Positions 48,653 through 63,493 are shown, counted from the first letter of the stretch. The stretch is 64,000 nt of DNA from Rhizophagus irregularis (GCF_026210795.1 NC_089432.1:3968001-4032000); one strand, 5' to 3'. Notes: generated by a model from the sequence alone, not told the origin. A program made the numbers and translations.

Positions 48653-51600
48653 TTATCTTTTTTTGTCATCCTGTAACTTTGATAACGTTCGATAGCGTGT
48701 GATTTCTAGACCAACCACTTTGTACCATGTGTTTCGGAAACCTGCTAGTAGCTTACACTCATCCAAATAATATGATGTTAAATATTGTTCTAAGGACATT
48801 GCTCGCTTCTTAGTAACTAATTTATACATACTTTCTCTATACCCTATATCAACCTCGGAAATTTCTTTAAGCAATGATGAAAGTTTTAAGCGGATAGATT
48901 CTTCTTGCTTATCTAGCACATTGAGGAAGGATTGGTAATAATCATTGTTAGTCAGGTGTTCTCCCTTGTCGGCATAAGTAGTATCAAATAATTTTTTCGC
49001 GTAAATGCGTGCCCCTTCCCATAAATGAGAAATGATGGTTTTATCTTTTTTCGGACCATCACGTAGGTTTTTGATATACCCCCTAATCCATTTTTCAGCC
49101 GATTTCTGCGCTAAGGTATCTCTTATTTTTGATACCTCATCCCCATCCATTTCGTCTTCTTCCTCTTCATCTTCGTCCAGGTCGTCTTCATCCACTCTAC
49201 TGTCATCCGCTTTATTTTCACCCACTTTATTACCATCTTTTAACTTTTTTAAGGCTTCCAGCACAATTTCAGATGATGGCTGGTGTCTATCATCATAGTT
49301 TATAAATCGCGCACAGAGCCCGACAACACTTTTCAGATAATAGTTAATATCGATCTTTTTATCAAGATGTCTTGCCACTTCTGGGTACTCCATTTTGTCA
49401 CCTACCTTCTGTGATGAATCATTCTCAACTACAACATATTCAAACCGCTCGCCTGGCTCTGGGATTTCATAAAGATAAGCCTTGGGTGTTAGACCCTTTT
49501 TTATGAGCCGTTTGGCGTCCGCTTCTTCACGGGTATGTCTATCCCGCATTCGTGAAATGAAGCGCTGTACACTCTTGTTATTTTTATCGGGCCTCCACAC
49601 AGCAGTTTTTATTATTTCATTAAGATTTGTCTGCGAAATATCCTTTACAGTCTCTTTGAGCACGTCCTCTACAACCTGATGCAAGGTACGTGTATTGTTT
49701 ACCCTCGTAGACTCTTCCATAATACGTTTTCCTATTTTGCGGAAAATGCCAGACTGACCCCGTTTTACAGTCTCAATTCCCCGAATGAAAAGCTCTTTAT
49801 TAAAATTTGGCTCACTCTCATGTGGAATGCTGTAGTATTTTTTCTTTCCAGTAAATACTACCGGAAATAAAACTTCCTCATATGCCATTTTAAGATACGA
49901 CGATCCATTATCTTTTTTAAAAAAGTCATTAACTTCGTCGCGGAGTTTCTCCATCTCTTCCATAGAGATTTTTACCATTCTAGACCAATATTCTTCTTTC
50001 GAGATCCCACCATTACCGCTGTCATATGCCTCATCGCATTCTTGAAAGTACCTTTCTGGAGGAACTAGATACAATGAATCAGTATCACCATATTTTATCT
50101 GAAAATCCCTACTTTTAACGAAATTTGCGACAAGTTTGATATTTCTCTGTCCAGCTGATGTGATGCCCCCAGCCAGTGCTCGCAAGAAGAAGGGAGATTT
50201 ACTATCCCCAGCGGTGCCATAAAATGTATTCATGTACACCTTAAGAGCATTTTGTTTCGCATCTAAGCAAGAATAAACAAAACAAACTGAATCATATTCT
50301 GTCATGAATTCATGCTTTTCTTTATTAATAAAATGGTATAGATTTTTGTTAAGGCTGGCACGTTTTTTCTCCCCCGCTTTTGCTAAAATGTGCTCAATTG
50401 CTTCTGGTAGTGACAAATCTTTACCCATTAAACCTATTACCAGTTCCATATCTTCCTTTTTTTCTTTCACAGGGGCAAGGCGTTCCTTTATCTCATTCCG
50501 TTTGATAGATAAATATTCCAATATAGTAACGTAGAGACCCTTTTCTTCAGGAGTGTTATTATGCCTTATAGACCATGCGAGACAATCCTGATTATTGAAT
50601 TTAAAACTAATTTCGTGGAGTTTTTTACCACTTTGTTCAGCACGCTCTTAAGATAAAATGATTTTATCAGGCGAGAGGTTGTATGTCATGATAAGGCTTG
50701 GATATAAAGATCTGAAGTCTAAGCCAGTTACAGGACGTTTATTTTCGAGCCCCTTTATTGGTGGGAAGACGTAGGCACCCGGGAATGATTCTGTTTCCGT
50801 TCGTTCTGAAATTGTACTGGTTAAAATCCCTTCCCGCCATGCACTAGCACTTAAAAGATTGCTCACTTTCATTCCTATTGCAAAATAATGCGCATCAAAT
50901 AACGATATAAATGCTATGCTCGCAACCTCCCTGTACTCATTAATTACATTGTGCTTAATCATTAACCGCTGGCAACTAAGAGCGTCAATGATACAATATT
51001 CGGCTATTTCGCGCATTTGTTCAGCCGTTGTGGCATCAGCCTCTTTTAGTGCATTTCTGTAATACTTGAACATGCGGTTGAAAGGCATATCCAATTTACT
51101 TTCGAGCCCACATTCGTTTAGGTAGAATGCTAAACTACTCTTTTCGGCCTTAGAATAAAATTTCATAAAGCAAGGTCGGACATCGATAGCTACGCATCCT
51201 GGGATTTTGAGATGCTTTGAATGAAATGGTATATCATTAACCTTTATTGCGTTATATTGGTATTGCCATTTTGTAATTTTTTCGAGGCTTGAATACTTTA
51301 ATGACATTTGATTGAACACCCATTCGAGAACCCCTAATTTTTTCGCCTTCTCCACAATAAATCTCCAATCATATTGTGAATCATTAAAACCTATGTGTAT
51401 ATCTGGAGCTAAAAGCTTCCAACATAGTGCAAAAGCCTTTAGTAAATTAGTCTGGGATCCACATACGATTGTAATCCATCGCGGATCTGGCGCTGTTTCA
51501 ATATCGACAAGACAGATTTGTTTTAACGGTTCGGGATCATCTTTCCAATGAACTGTCATACAAATCATAAATACGTTAGATTCATCGCTCTGCGCAGTAG

Positions 51601-52410
51601 GGAATTTACCTAAACCAAGCGAACTATATGTCTCTATATCCCATGTGAGAACAAGAGTTCGATCCCGTGAAAGGGTCGAGGAGAATAATGGATTATTATA
51701 ATCGTCCTCACTTGTTGGATTGTAATTATTCACAGAAACTTGGAAGAGATAAGTACCCCTTGAATATATTCGTGGAAATAATTACTTAACGTTGCCCAAC
51801 TTGAAAGAGGTAATCTTTTTTCACGGGCTACTTTGCGGTAATAATATATTGGGGTTAGATCATCAGAAGCTGTACAGATACTGACTTCACGAACTGCCTT
51901 TAACATATTATACCGGTCAAATTGATTCCAAGTAATAACACGTATATATGATTTTTTCTCTGTATAATATCCTTGAAGTGGGAAAGCACTAATATTCTCG
52001 ATCCCAAATTTTGATGTACCTTTGAGAGTATTGGATAATATATTTACTAATCTGGTCTTAAACGTAGATAGGGACATCTCTTCAGGTACTTCGACATCAA
52101 AGAAAAGCTTAATGCCTGTAATTTTTACGACTGCTTTTTGTCCATTAATCAAAGTACCAGTAATACGCAAAATATAGGAGGAGACACCATTTACATATTC
52201 GGAGGTATCATCACTAACTTCAGTAGGCATGAAATGTATGGGTTGCTTGTCGGATAGGCTTTGTTGGAGTATAGCAGTCATCCCATTATCATATTCTGCT
52301 ACAATCTCATTACGTGATAGAACACCGGCTAAGGGGCCAGTGTCATCGTAGCGGAGGGCTGGGGCGGTTCCGGAGCGATCGGTTTGGTCGAAACTAGTTG
52401 GTGTATGCAT
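48653..52410 (-). pseudogene. polB: Family B DNA polymerase, RNA-primed type, asfarvirus/NCLDV-like (~1250 aa; one frameshift, one nonsense)
   Basis: ExoI WDIETYS, ExoII GFNDSQYDW, ExoIII YCIIDA, GLDFRSLYPSLIMTYNLSPD, KQNALKVYMNTFYG, YGDTDSL, KKKYY; frameshift in the G-run ~51757-51760; in-frame TAA at 50650-50648. Confidence 0.93.
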
Positions 52411-52879
52411 GGTGTTAGTTCGAAAATGTTTATATTACTTTATAAAATTCGGAAATGTTTAATTTATTTTTTTCGGTGGATGCAAAAAGAAATGATAGTG
52501 AACTTATTAAATGAATCGAAAAAGAAAGGCAACCGGATATATATCTAAAAGTGAAGGCTTCTGCGTAATCTATTATATAAAAATTGGCAGAAGCCTTCAC
52601 CTTAGCATTGTTAATAGGATGTAAAAAGAGGCGTATAGCAACCCAGTAAGCAAATCGTAAATAAAAGGGAAACGGGTATATACTTTTAGATGGGGGTAAC
52701 TTCGGAATTATTATATAAAATATTGGAAGAAGCCCCCATCTTCCTAGATATGTACTCAGATATGGTATAGCCTCCACGTAATATAGAGGTATACCAAAAA
52801 GAGATACGAAGTTGGCTGGCCCCTCTTGGACACTTCGGAGACACAAATAAATACATTCTTTATAGGGTAGCCTTCTGCG

Positions 52880-55283
52880 TAGGGTTGGTAAAATAACCGT
52901 TAGTTATGAATTTGGTTAATTAACCGGTTAATTAACGGTTAGTTAACGGTTAATTAACCCATAAATAACCTGTATATATAATTTTAAGGAAGTTAAAATA
53001 AATTTATAATTTATTAAATATTATAAAATTTTAATATATTTTATTTATTCTTCATCATCTAAATTAATAACATTTGCTTCAAATCCAAATATACTATCAT
53101 TATCAGAACTATTATTATTATCATCTTCTTTATTTTCATTATCAGAACTATTATTACTATCTTCTTCATTTTCATTAAAATTACTAATCTGTTTCTTTTT
53201 TTGTATTTTTACAAGTCTATTACACATTCGAAGATTTCCATAAATATAAACTAATTTTTTAACACGTTCATTTTTCAATCTATTTCGAATTTTATTATGA
53301 ATAAAACCAAAAGTAGAAAAATTTCTTTCTGCAGCTGCAGAAGATGTAGGAATTGAGAGAATTTTAATAGCCAGTTGTTGAAGTTTACTAGTTGGCCATG
53401 ATTGCCACCATAAAGATGAATTAAGAATATTAGCAGATTTCCAAATAATTTCATTATCATAAGGTGAATTTTTATTACGAAAATTTACCAATTCAGCAAA
53501 TAATTCTACTGCTTCTTCCTGATTAAATCTTTTATTTACAAATGTTGTAAATTCTACATAACCAATAGATTCAACTTCATCATTTTTACTTTTTTCCAAA
53601 AATTGTGGATCTAACATATAAGCTGTTATCATAATAGGATGATAAGTATATTCCCATCGCTTTGCAATAAGTTCTTGAAGTTTATCAGAAAAATTACAAT
53701 CTATTTGATTAATTTGATTCATTACTTCTTTGAAATATGAATAAACATTTGAAAGAATTGAAATATCTGATTCAAATAACTTTAATGCTGAAACCATTGG
53801 TTCCATAATTTTTGTTATTATATCTAAATCTTCCCAAAACTCATCTGATAAAATATGAGCTCTTAAAGTTAAATCCATATTTTGACGAATTCTTATATCC
53901 ATTAAAGCCTGTTCAAGTGCTGTTCTTGAATTTTGAAGTGATTGAAAACAAGCAAGATGTATTCCCCATCTTGTAAGTGCTGGTAAAACCAATGCAATTT
54001 CTTTAGAATAATTTTCTTTTTGAATACGTTTCAATTTAGCTGTTGCCTGTACATGTGCCTTAAAATAATTGACCAACTTTTTTGCATTTTCAACAACAGA
54101 TTTAATTTGATCAATCTTTAAAATATCACTAATTAAAAGATTCATTACATGAGAATTACATCCTAAACAAACAATACTTGGATAACTATCTTCAATAATT
54201 CGCCAAGCTGCTTTCATTACACTAGCTGTATCTGTAATAACTGCTAAAAATTTATTAATACCAACAATTTCCATTTGTTTAATAATTTCATCTGCAACCC
54301 ATTTAGCTGTATGAGATTCTTCACCAGAATAAATAGCATCAAAGAATAATGGTTTTGGAGTACAAATAACAAAATTTTGAACTGATTCTCGATTAATATT
54401 AGACCAACCATCTGAAACCATTGTAAGAGATTTAGCTTGTAAAATTTGTTCATTACATTCAGCTTTAACTTCATCAAAAACATCATCAAGTAATTCATCA
54501 GCAAGTTTTCTTCGATTAGGTAATTTGAATGCTGGACGTAATTGTTGAAAAAACTGAATAACATAATTATTTTCAAGAAAAGAAAAAGGAACTCCAGCAG
54601 CAAATAATGCTTGAGCTAGTAAAATTTCAAGAGTATCTTGTTCTTCTTCACTCATACGATCAACAAAATTCTCAATTGTTGTATTTTTTAAATGCTTTTT
54701 TGATGTTTTTACTGTAGGAATAAAAGTAGAAGTAGTAGCATCAGAAGTTTCTAATAGTTCAGGAATTTGTTGTTTCTTTGTTTTTGCACTTTCTGGAGCT
54801 CTAGGACAACTATCATTAAGATGAACTTGCATTCTTTTAGCTGTACCTTGTTCAAAAACTTTAGAACAATAATTACAACGTACAGAAGGATGTGTTTTTT
54901 TTTTTTTTCTTAGACCTACTACTTTCTTCATTACTTTCTGCTTCAGTAATTATTGTCCAATGTTTCCAAACAGTTCCCTTTTTTTTTACCATGATAATGA
55001 ACAATAAATTTGCAAAAAAAAGTGTTTTTTTAAAAAAAATTTATCTTAAAAAAAAGATCATGCAATATGTAGATCATAGATTTAATCAATATTTATATTA
55101 ATTAATATTTAATTGTGTAACAAAATAATGGATTATCATTTAATCACATGATTTAAATTCTGCATTTTGATTGGCTAATTATAAATAACGGTTAATTAAC
55201 CATTTTAAATCAATCATAACTAACAAAATTAACGGTTAATTAACCATGGTTAATTAACCGTGGTTAATTAACCCCCATCCCTA
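52880..55283 (-). mobile_element. hAT DNA transposon nested in the right TIR
   Basis: Ends TAGGGTTGG.. / ..CCATCCCTA; 8-bp TSD CTTCTGCG (52872-52879, 55284-55291); GGTTAATTAACC subterminal palindromes; empty site present in the left TIR at ~13137-13144. Confidence 0.95.
53045..54992 (-). CDS. Intronless hAT transposase (BED finger, DUF659-like core, dimerisation domain); frameshift in an A14 run near the 5' end
   Basis: MVKKKGTVWKHW.. then VRCNYC..MQVHL, SDGWSN, ITDTASVM, CNSHVMNL, TRW, LDP, PTSSAAAERNFS. Confidence 0.9.
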
Positions 55284-56703
55284 CTTCTGCGTAATCATTA
55301 TATAAAATATTGGCAGAAGGCTACCCTAACACTAGTATGTGCTCGGGCATATATGACATCTAGGATAGACAAATACGCGAAAAAAAGAAGCGATAGCAAA
55401 CTTAGATGGAGAATCGAAAAAGAAAGGCAAGTGGATATACATCTAAAAGTGAAGGTAACTGCGTAATCTATTATATAAATATTGGCAGAAGCCTTCATCT
55501 TTCTAGATATGTACTCGGGTATGGTATAGATGGGCCAGCCACAATAATACATATCGCATCTTCAACTTCGGACATGAAATAGGCATACATGTACTGACAA
55601 TAATTAGGTTGCATGATGGCGCACTTTTTGGTAATCAAATGGGTCAGGCCAAGATAATACATATTGTACCTCCAATTCTCTACTAACCAACTGTCCACCA
55701 GACTGGAGCTCGAGAGTGTTAGGAAGATTTCGGAAATATATGGATACAAAAAATATGTGGCACAGATGCATATATATTGGGTTCCAGAAACTTTCCCAGA
55801 ACATCCCCGTCACTAGCCCGTAACTATGTGAGGGTGTTCTGTCACCGGAACAGTATCACGTGACTATGGCGCAGTAAGGCGCAGTATAGATTCGCTTAAT
55901 TTCGGCCAACACTATTCCACAATTTTGACCAGATCTTTGGGCATGTAACTTGGCATCCAAGCTGGCAATATAAGTGATCTGAAACTGGTGAATTAATAGA
56001 ACCACTCTAGCTTCCTGCCAGTTCCTCACCAGTTCCATGACAGTTCCCTGCCAGTTCCACGATAGTTCCATGGCGCCAGGCTGGATCCTCAAATCACATG
56101 CCCAAAAGATCAGCCGGAATTATAGCATAGTGTCAGCCGAAATTAAATGCAAATTTACTGCGCCACCCGTCACTTTTTTTCAACATCTAGAAAGGCAACC
56201 AAATAGGCGCAAAGGTAAGTACTCCAATATAGAATCCAGCACCCAATCAGGCGCAGGAGGCACAGTACTCGATATAAACCAGGTATCCAAATAACTACAG
56301 AAGGTCAAGAACTCCATTGTATAATTTAACAAATAAATGACTTAGAAACAAGAAGAATAGCGTGGTATTTAGATTATATGTGTGTGGTAATTAGATTATA
56401 TTGTGGTAATAAAAAGTATATTAGCACAAAAATACGAATATCAAGAAAGGCTTAAAGATATAGCTAGAATGTAAAAGCGATATAAGAAATAATAAAATGT
56501 TAGATTATATGTAGTATTTAGACCACATCATTTAGATCATATGTGGTAATTAGATTACATTATTTAGATCATATGTGGTATTCAGATTATATGTGATATT
56601 TAGATCATATGAGGTATTCAGATTATATGTGTTAATTAGATCATATGCGGTATTTAGATTATATGTGGTATTTAGATTACATGTGATACTATAATCTAGG
56701 ATA

Positions 56704-56752
56704 AGTGGGATACCACATGCAATATAATTTATATTGCATGTGGTATCCCACT
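56704..56752. repeat. Right terminal 49-bp palindrome (hairpin)
   Basis: AGTGGGATACCACATGCAATATAA-T-TTATATTGCATGTGGTATCCCACT. Confidence 0.95.
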
Positions 56753-57225
56753 ATGTTCAAGCAAATTCTCCAAGAACTCATTCTGAATCAATTACAGAAT
56801 GTCAAAGATTTCAGGTTTATTTAAGAAAGCTTAATTTTCTTAATCCAATGGAGACAAAAACAGATTTTAAAAGTCTAGGTGGAGAGAATAAATTGAGTGA
56901 CCAGTTGAAAAATTTTAGTAATTTGGTAAAAAAGGCACGACAAGAATATATTATTGAAGTGTTTTACAAAAAAAGTTCAGTTCTCTCATTTTGGCCTATT
57001 CCAATAACTCAACAAGAAGCAATGATGCAGGCAGATGAATCCAACATAACATGAATAGAGATTTTGCGTAAAGTAGAATCTCTTTTAGAACAAATGAGTG
57101 AAAGTATTCGCAAGCAGTACCATGGAATAGGATCTAAAAAGAAAAGTGAATTGCTAACCATATTACAAGAGGTACGAAATTTGCAGAGTGTAGATAATGA
57201 ATTAAATGATATAGATGTAGTTTAG
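56753..57225 (+). pseudogene. 3' remainder of the gene interrupted at 11674
   Basis: QANSPRTHSESITECQRF.. continues in frame from ..GYNDV once the element and one TSD are removed; in-frame TGA at 57052. Confidence 0.7.
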
Positions 57226-58202
57226 ACGAAAAAAATATATTTTTCAATAAATTAGAAAAAAATAATAAAATTATCTAAATTTTATCATTTCGAATGATCA
57301 AAGTATCGAATATACGATGCTGAAATTAATCAATAAAATTGCGTCAGTTGTAGAATATTCTGATTAACATTCTTTGATCGGCATATACAAAAATGGTAAG
57401 ATCACTACCAATCAAAGTGCTTGAAATTGATTCCATTTATGGTAAAATCCCGGACTGTATTTATTGAAGGTATATCAGGTATATTACACATTTTTTTAAT
57501 TTACACTTTGTTTTCCCATTTTTAGCAAGTCGGTAATCAGGTGGCCAAATATTCTAGCAAAGAAGAATTGGTGAATTAATATTCTTAGCAAATATGAATT
57601 TGAATTGCCTATCTGATTTTTACATCCCATCAGGTTGACTAAAAAACATGAATACAGCCAAACTAGAAGATTGCCTACACTCCAATAAGACCAGAATCAG
57701 ATTGATTAAAAGATTTGAATACAGCCAAACTAAAAGATTGCCTATATCCTAAAACTGGTTTTGTGACTTGACTAAAAGACTTGAATGAAGGAAAACTAAA
57801 AGATCCCTATCATGCCACTTACTCCTAAGTTACATTCCAACAAAAAACATTTTTTACTTGCCTTTTTATATCTATCAAAAAGATGCTGTGCCTTTTTACT
57901 TCTTTTTTCTTTATCACTTCTAACAATGTTCTCAATGCTTTTTAAATATGTATCAATTTTTTGCTGAAAAGGTTCTTTGTTACATTCATTTAAAAACTCT
58001 CTGATATTCCATTCAGTATATGTTTGATCAAAATATTCATGTATTGACATTGTACTTCACATGAACGCTGTCAATCAGAAATTTATAAATCCGAATTGCA
58101 ACTCCCTCAGCATAACCATCAAAAAAAGCTCAGGCATATGATTCATGTGATTTGACTGTGGATAAGTGTAACTATGGAAATTGCACTACGCAGCTATTGC
58201 TA

Positions 58203-58445
58203 AATTAACTTCCTTACTTAAACCCTAAGGTCAACGCTAACTCCAAAGGTAAAAGTTTCAGCCTAAACTAACCTTCCTTACCTAACTCTAAAGATACTCC
58301 AATGTCTACGTTATCTTCAAGGATAAGTATTTCTGCCTAAACCAACTTTCCTTACCCTAACCTTAAGATACTCCAATATCAATGTTAATCTTCAAAGATA
58401 AGTACTTCAGTCTAAACTAACTTTCCTTACCCTAAGATACTCCAT
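58203..58445 (+). repeat. Degenerate tandem repeat (~65-bp unit containing AACTAACTTTCCTTACCCTAA)
   Basis: Four recognisable copies. Confidence 0.55.
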
Positions 58446-59827
58446 TCCAAAGATGATTGCTTGAGAATATAATGAAATTTTATAGATGTTAATTCATAAG
58501 AGTAAAACAAATTCTTTTAACTTAATAAAATTAAATATTTTTATTAAAATAGAATGTAATATTAATTTAACAATAAAATTTATTCAATTTCAATTTATTA
58601 AAATACATTAATTTAAAATAAATTATTGTAAATAATAAGTGCTATCAGTATGCTCCTTCCATGTTAATGGCATGGTTCACTTATTTTGGTAATGTTCAAC
58701 ATCTTCACCTAATTTATTAATAGGACTATATGACTTCCTTACTACTTTATAATACAGACTAGTTTTTGCTCTTCTAGAGGAGAAGGTAGCACTAATTAGG
58801 CTGTCAAAATAACAATTACAATTTAGTTTGTTGAACTGATATTATTGCTTACTTGGTGATTTAGGTTTATTTCTACAGGTTTCATATTTTCTGCAAGTTT
58901 TGTTTTAGCTATTGTAAAGAAAATAAGCCAACATTTTAAAAAATTGTATTCTTGGTATTTGGTAATGCAGACGTGAAAAGGAAGCTTAAATAATAGCTTA
59001 AATACGCGATAAATATTTAAATAGATCAGTTGCCACAAACTGCGCCATTGTAACAAAATCACATGCTCAAAAATCACATGCCCGCTTGTTAAATTGCCAT
59101 GTCATTTGCCCATTTTTCAAATGACATTTGTCATTTCTCATACTTTTTCATAGTAAAATCGATGTCATTTAATGTCATTTGATGTCATTTCAATGTAATT
59201 TTAGTGTCATTTGACAACACTGCATGCCCGAGCTATTTTTATGCTCCTGCAAGCTATTACCATGAAATGTATTTTTATTAAAAGAATTATAAGCCACATA
59301 ATTATTTATTATTGGAATATATACAACTTTTTTCATAGAAAGACACTGTAAAAGATTTTAAAAAAGTTTGGTCTAAAAAAAAAACCAAATCGAAATAAGA
59401 AAAATTAAAAAATATTTTTTTTTAAAAAAAATTCGGTTTAAATAAAAACAACCCGAAAAAGGTAAAATTTCATTAACTGGCATTGGATTAACCACACAAA
59501 CCTCACTGGAACTTACACATCAGTCGTTTCACATTACACAATTCAATTTATGAATTATATAGACGTAATAAATTTTTTTTAAAAAAAAATTCTCTAGATT
59601 TTCTTCTCTTTCCATAAATTAATAAAGTTTTCGATTTCCAGATTAGAGAATTTCCTTAATAAAGAAACTATTGAAAATATTTGATTAAACATTATCTGTT
59701 GTATGACTGTTATATGTTTGAAAAAGAAAAATTCATAAAAAAATTTTCTGTTTACAATATTTATACAAAAATTTTAAATGTAATATTAAAACTTATCATT
59801 AAAGTTAAATCAACCATTCATTTATCA

Positions 59828-60236
59828 AGGACCCAGAAATATATATATAGGGGTCAGGGGCGAAAATTTTTTTTATTATGAGCTGTACGCAGAGACTTTT
59901 TATATGAATAGTACACCTGATATTCCTGCAAGTAAAATATCAGACATTAATATTAATTATTTTATCATGTATTTATAAAATCAAATACTAATGTGAAAAA
60001 AAAAAATTTATCCATTTTTTCAACAATATTTTTCAAAATAGTCAACTCTTAGAAGTTCCTTCAATTAATACTAAATATTATATTACATATATATAAGATT
60101 AGCAAAATTTTAGGCCAAAAATATGCAAACTAATTTTAAAATTTTGAAATCTTGATGACTAATTGTACGCAAATCACTCCACTATGATGGCGATGCATCT
60201 GTGTACCCTACCCCTGTATATATATTTCTGGGTCCT
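59828..60236. mobile_element. MITE with 8-bp TSD
   Basis: TIRs AGGACCCAGAAATATATATA / TATATATTTCTGGGTCCT; TSD ATTTATCA (59820-59827, 60237-60244). Confidence 0.85.
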
Positions 60237-60959
60237 ATTTATCATGTGAAAAATTTTATTTACGTAATTATTAACGAATTTCACCGGAGATGAACAACAT
60301 ATCGGCCGATTTGGTTACTTCAAGTTTGCTCAAAATTGTGTTTGTAATACCTGATAGACTGAATAATGAGTAAAAATCTACATTTGCGAAAAACCATAGT
60401 AATTTTAGGTGTATTATTAGAAAGTAAGTATGCTTTAATAAAACAAAATGTAAATAGAAAATTTATATAGTCACAATGAATATTGTTTAAAAAATTTTTT
60501 TGATAATTTTTATAAAATTGTCTAATTGTACACATTATAGGAATTTTACATTCAAACTGGTTGTAAAACTCAATTTTACAAAAAAAAATTCCAGAAATTA
60601 TTGTTTAAAAGAAGTATTTATCAAATTATTGTATAGCAAAACCAAATAAATTTTTTTTTAATGTTTCGTCCCCAAACCCCAATTTTACTACGCCTTATGA
60701 ATGCTTTGTGTAACAAAAATAAATTAACATCTGTTAGGGTAATAATCCGCCGATATGAAAATTAAATTAAACCTCCGTGTGAAAGTAAAATTAATTCTTA
60801 TTTAATATATATACTACATATCAGATATGCTTTCTACTTTTTTTAATAAATAATTACGAATTTTATCATCTTTTTTAAAGTTTTTTTTTTGTAATCCAAA
60901 CGCATATATTAGTTGCTTAAAATCCTTTTTTTCTTCCATCTTCTCATTTTTGAATAAAT

Positions 60960-60993
<34 letters not shown>

Positions 60994-61144
60994 CTTTTTT
61001 GTAAGAATCTTTTGAATCTTATATATTTTCGTTTGTATTATAAACAAAAACCCCTTCTTAAAAAAGAATTCGTTTTTTTTCTCCTTTTTTTTCTTTCTTT
61101 CTTACACTTTCAACGAATATATACATACATACACACGAAAAAAA

Positions 61145-63493
61145 ATGACCTCAACTTCCGTACGGTAAGTAACTATATATCAAAAAAATCAAAGAATTCC
61201 TTTACCTTTTTATTCTTTATTCCTATTTCTTTCACGTTCTTATTCGCCTTTTCTCCCTGCCGTCCTCTCTAGAGTTGCTTTGAGAGTAAGACCACTCAAT
61301 AACAAAGAAACACTACAAAATTGTAATGAATGTTTAACAATAATACCTGACGCACCACAAATACTCATTGGAACCGATAAATCATTTACATTTGATTATG
61401 TATTCCCATCGGATACTGAACAAGAAGAAGTATTTCAAGATTGCGTAAGTCCGCTAATAGATAAATTTGTGGAAGGGTGAGTACACAAGAAAAAAAAATT
61501 CGGCGTCACGTCGCTCGTGCAAGAAGAATCAAATACATATTCCAAGATATCAAAAAAAAATTTTTTATCAAATTTGGATTTTTTTTTGTTGATATCACTT
61601 ATTTTTATCACACCATTGTTAAATCATTATAATTTTTATTTTATTTATTTATTATTTATTTTTTTTCTTTTATTTTATTATTTTAGTTATAATGTCACAA
61701 TTTTAGCATATGGGTAAGTAAATAACTTGAACATAATTATTTAAATTAGTTTGCATAATTATTTATTTATTATTTACTTTTATAACTTGAAACAATTTAT
61801 TAAAAATTTTATTATTTTAACCCTTCCCCCTACTTTTTTAGTCAAACTGGTAGTGGTAAAACATATAGTATGGGTACTGCTTTAGATGGTTCAAATATTT
61901 CACCCGAAAATCAAGGTACATATTTCCATTGTTTGTTTGTTATACATATTCCCTTGCATCATTTTTTTAAAATGATCATCAAAAAAGTTGATTAATATGT
62001 TAATGACGTCATTTATTATTAGGTATCGTTCCACGTGCTATAAGTAAATTATTTGCCGTCCTTAACAAACGAAAAGAAAAAAATCCTACCTTTGATTTTG
62101 AAGTTTATGTATCATTCTTAGAATTATATAATGAAGATCTTATAGACTTACTAAACCCACCATGTAGAGAAAATAATAAAAAAGGAAAGAGTGATTTAAT
62201 GATAAGAGAAGATGTAAATAGTCAAATATATTGGGCTGGTATAAAAGAAGTTCAAGTTTCGGATCCAGTTGAACTCTTAGGGTATGTTTATATTACGTTT
62301 ATAATATGTTATATAAAATATACATATAATTTATCAATTTATCAAAATTTTTTAGACAATTACAAAAGGGTTCACTGTGTCGAACTGTCGCTTCAACAGA
62401 TATGAATATGGAATCTTCAAGATCACACGCTATATTTTCCGTAATACTGAAACAAACAAGAGTAGAAAATTTAGAAGAAAATAAAGAAAATGATGCTCCA
62501 CCACCTGAAACTTTAACCGCTTCAAAAAGAAAGAGTAAACAAAAATCATTAACATCAAAAATAATTTCAAAATTTCATTTCGTAGATTTGGCTGGTTCTG
62601 AAAGGGTAATGTATTTAATATATATATATATATTTCTTTCTTAATATTCTTGATTATTTTCTTAAATATTAATAAATTTTTTTTTTTACATAAATAGTTA
62701 AATAGAACTAACGCCGTAGGTGATAGAGCAAAAGAAGGAATAGCAATTAATGGTAGTTTACTAGCCCTTGGTAATGTAATTAGTGCTCTTGGTGATGAAT
62801 CAAGAAAGGTCACTCATATTCCTTATAGAGATTCAAAATTAACACGTTTATTACAAGATTCACTTGGTGGTAATAGTCAAACTCTTATGTTGGCTTGTGT
62901 TTCACCAGTTGATTCTAATTTTATGGAAACCTTAAATACACTAAAATATGCTAATCGTGCTCGTAATATTAAGAATAAAGTTAGTGTTAATGAAAGTTAT
63001 GGTGGTAATTCTATTGAAATAAATCAATTACGTGGTCAAATAAGTAGATTAAAGATGGAAATTCAAACTTTACGAGCTGGTGGTTGTAATGAAGAAACAA
63101 GTCGTAAACATGAAGAAGAAATTAAGGTTCTTAAAGGAGAATTAGGAATGACAAAAATGAAACTTCAAAGTGTTGAACAAGAACTTATCTCTACAAAAGC
63201 TGAAAAGAACTCTCTTTTAATGGAAATTAGTTTTAATGATCAAGATCTTTCAGATGCTGATCGTGAACATAGGATTAAAACTCATCGTATCGTTCAAGGT
63301 TATGAATCAGAAATTAAAGATCTTAAAGATCAAATTTCTGAACTTTTAGCTACTCAAGCTTCTCAACATTCACGTAAATCTTCTTTGGCTGGAACAACAA
63401 CAGGAAGAGAGAAAGGTCATATCAAATTCTCCGATCCTCATAAATATTCATCTGATGAAGATATTCATAATTTTAATAATCATAATAATAATC

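Larger units (their letters stand above)
52377..56752 (-). repeat. Right terminal inverted repeat, interrupted by a hAT element
   Basis: Mirror of 11675-13638; 4376 bp minus 2412 bp (hAT plus one TSD) = 1964 bp. Confidence 0.95.

Noticed and set aside
48653..52410. Canonical Polinton protein-primed PolB or host Pol delta
   Set aside because: Motif contexts and length fit RNA-primed viral-type PolB; no introns and no C-terminal Cys clusters of Pol delta.
52377..56752. Assembly artefact producing the large inverted repeat
   Set aside because: The arms differ by substitutions and a hAT insertion with its own TSD, and the outer ends carry a TSD that restores a reading frame.
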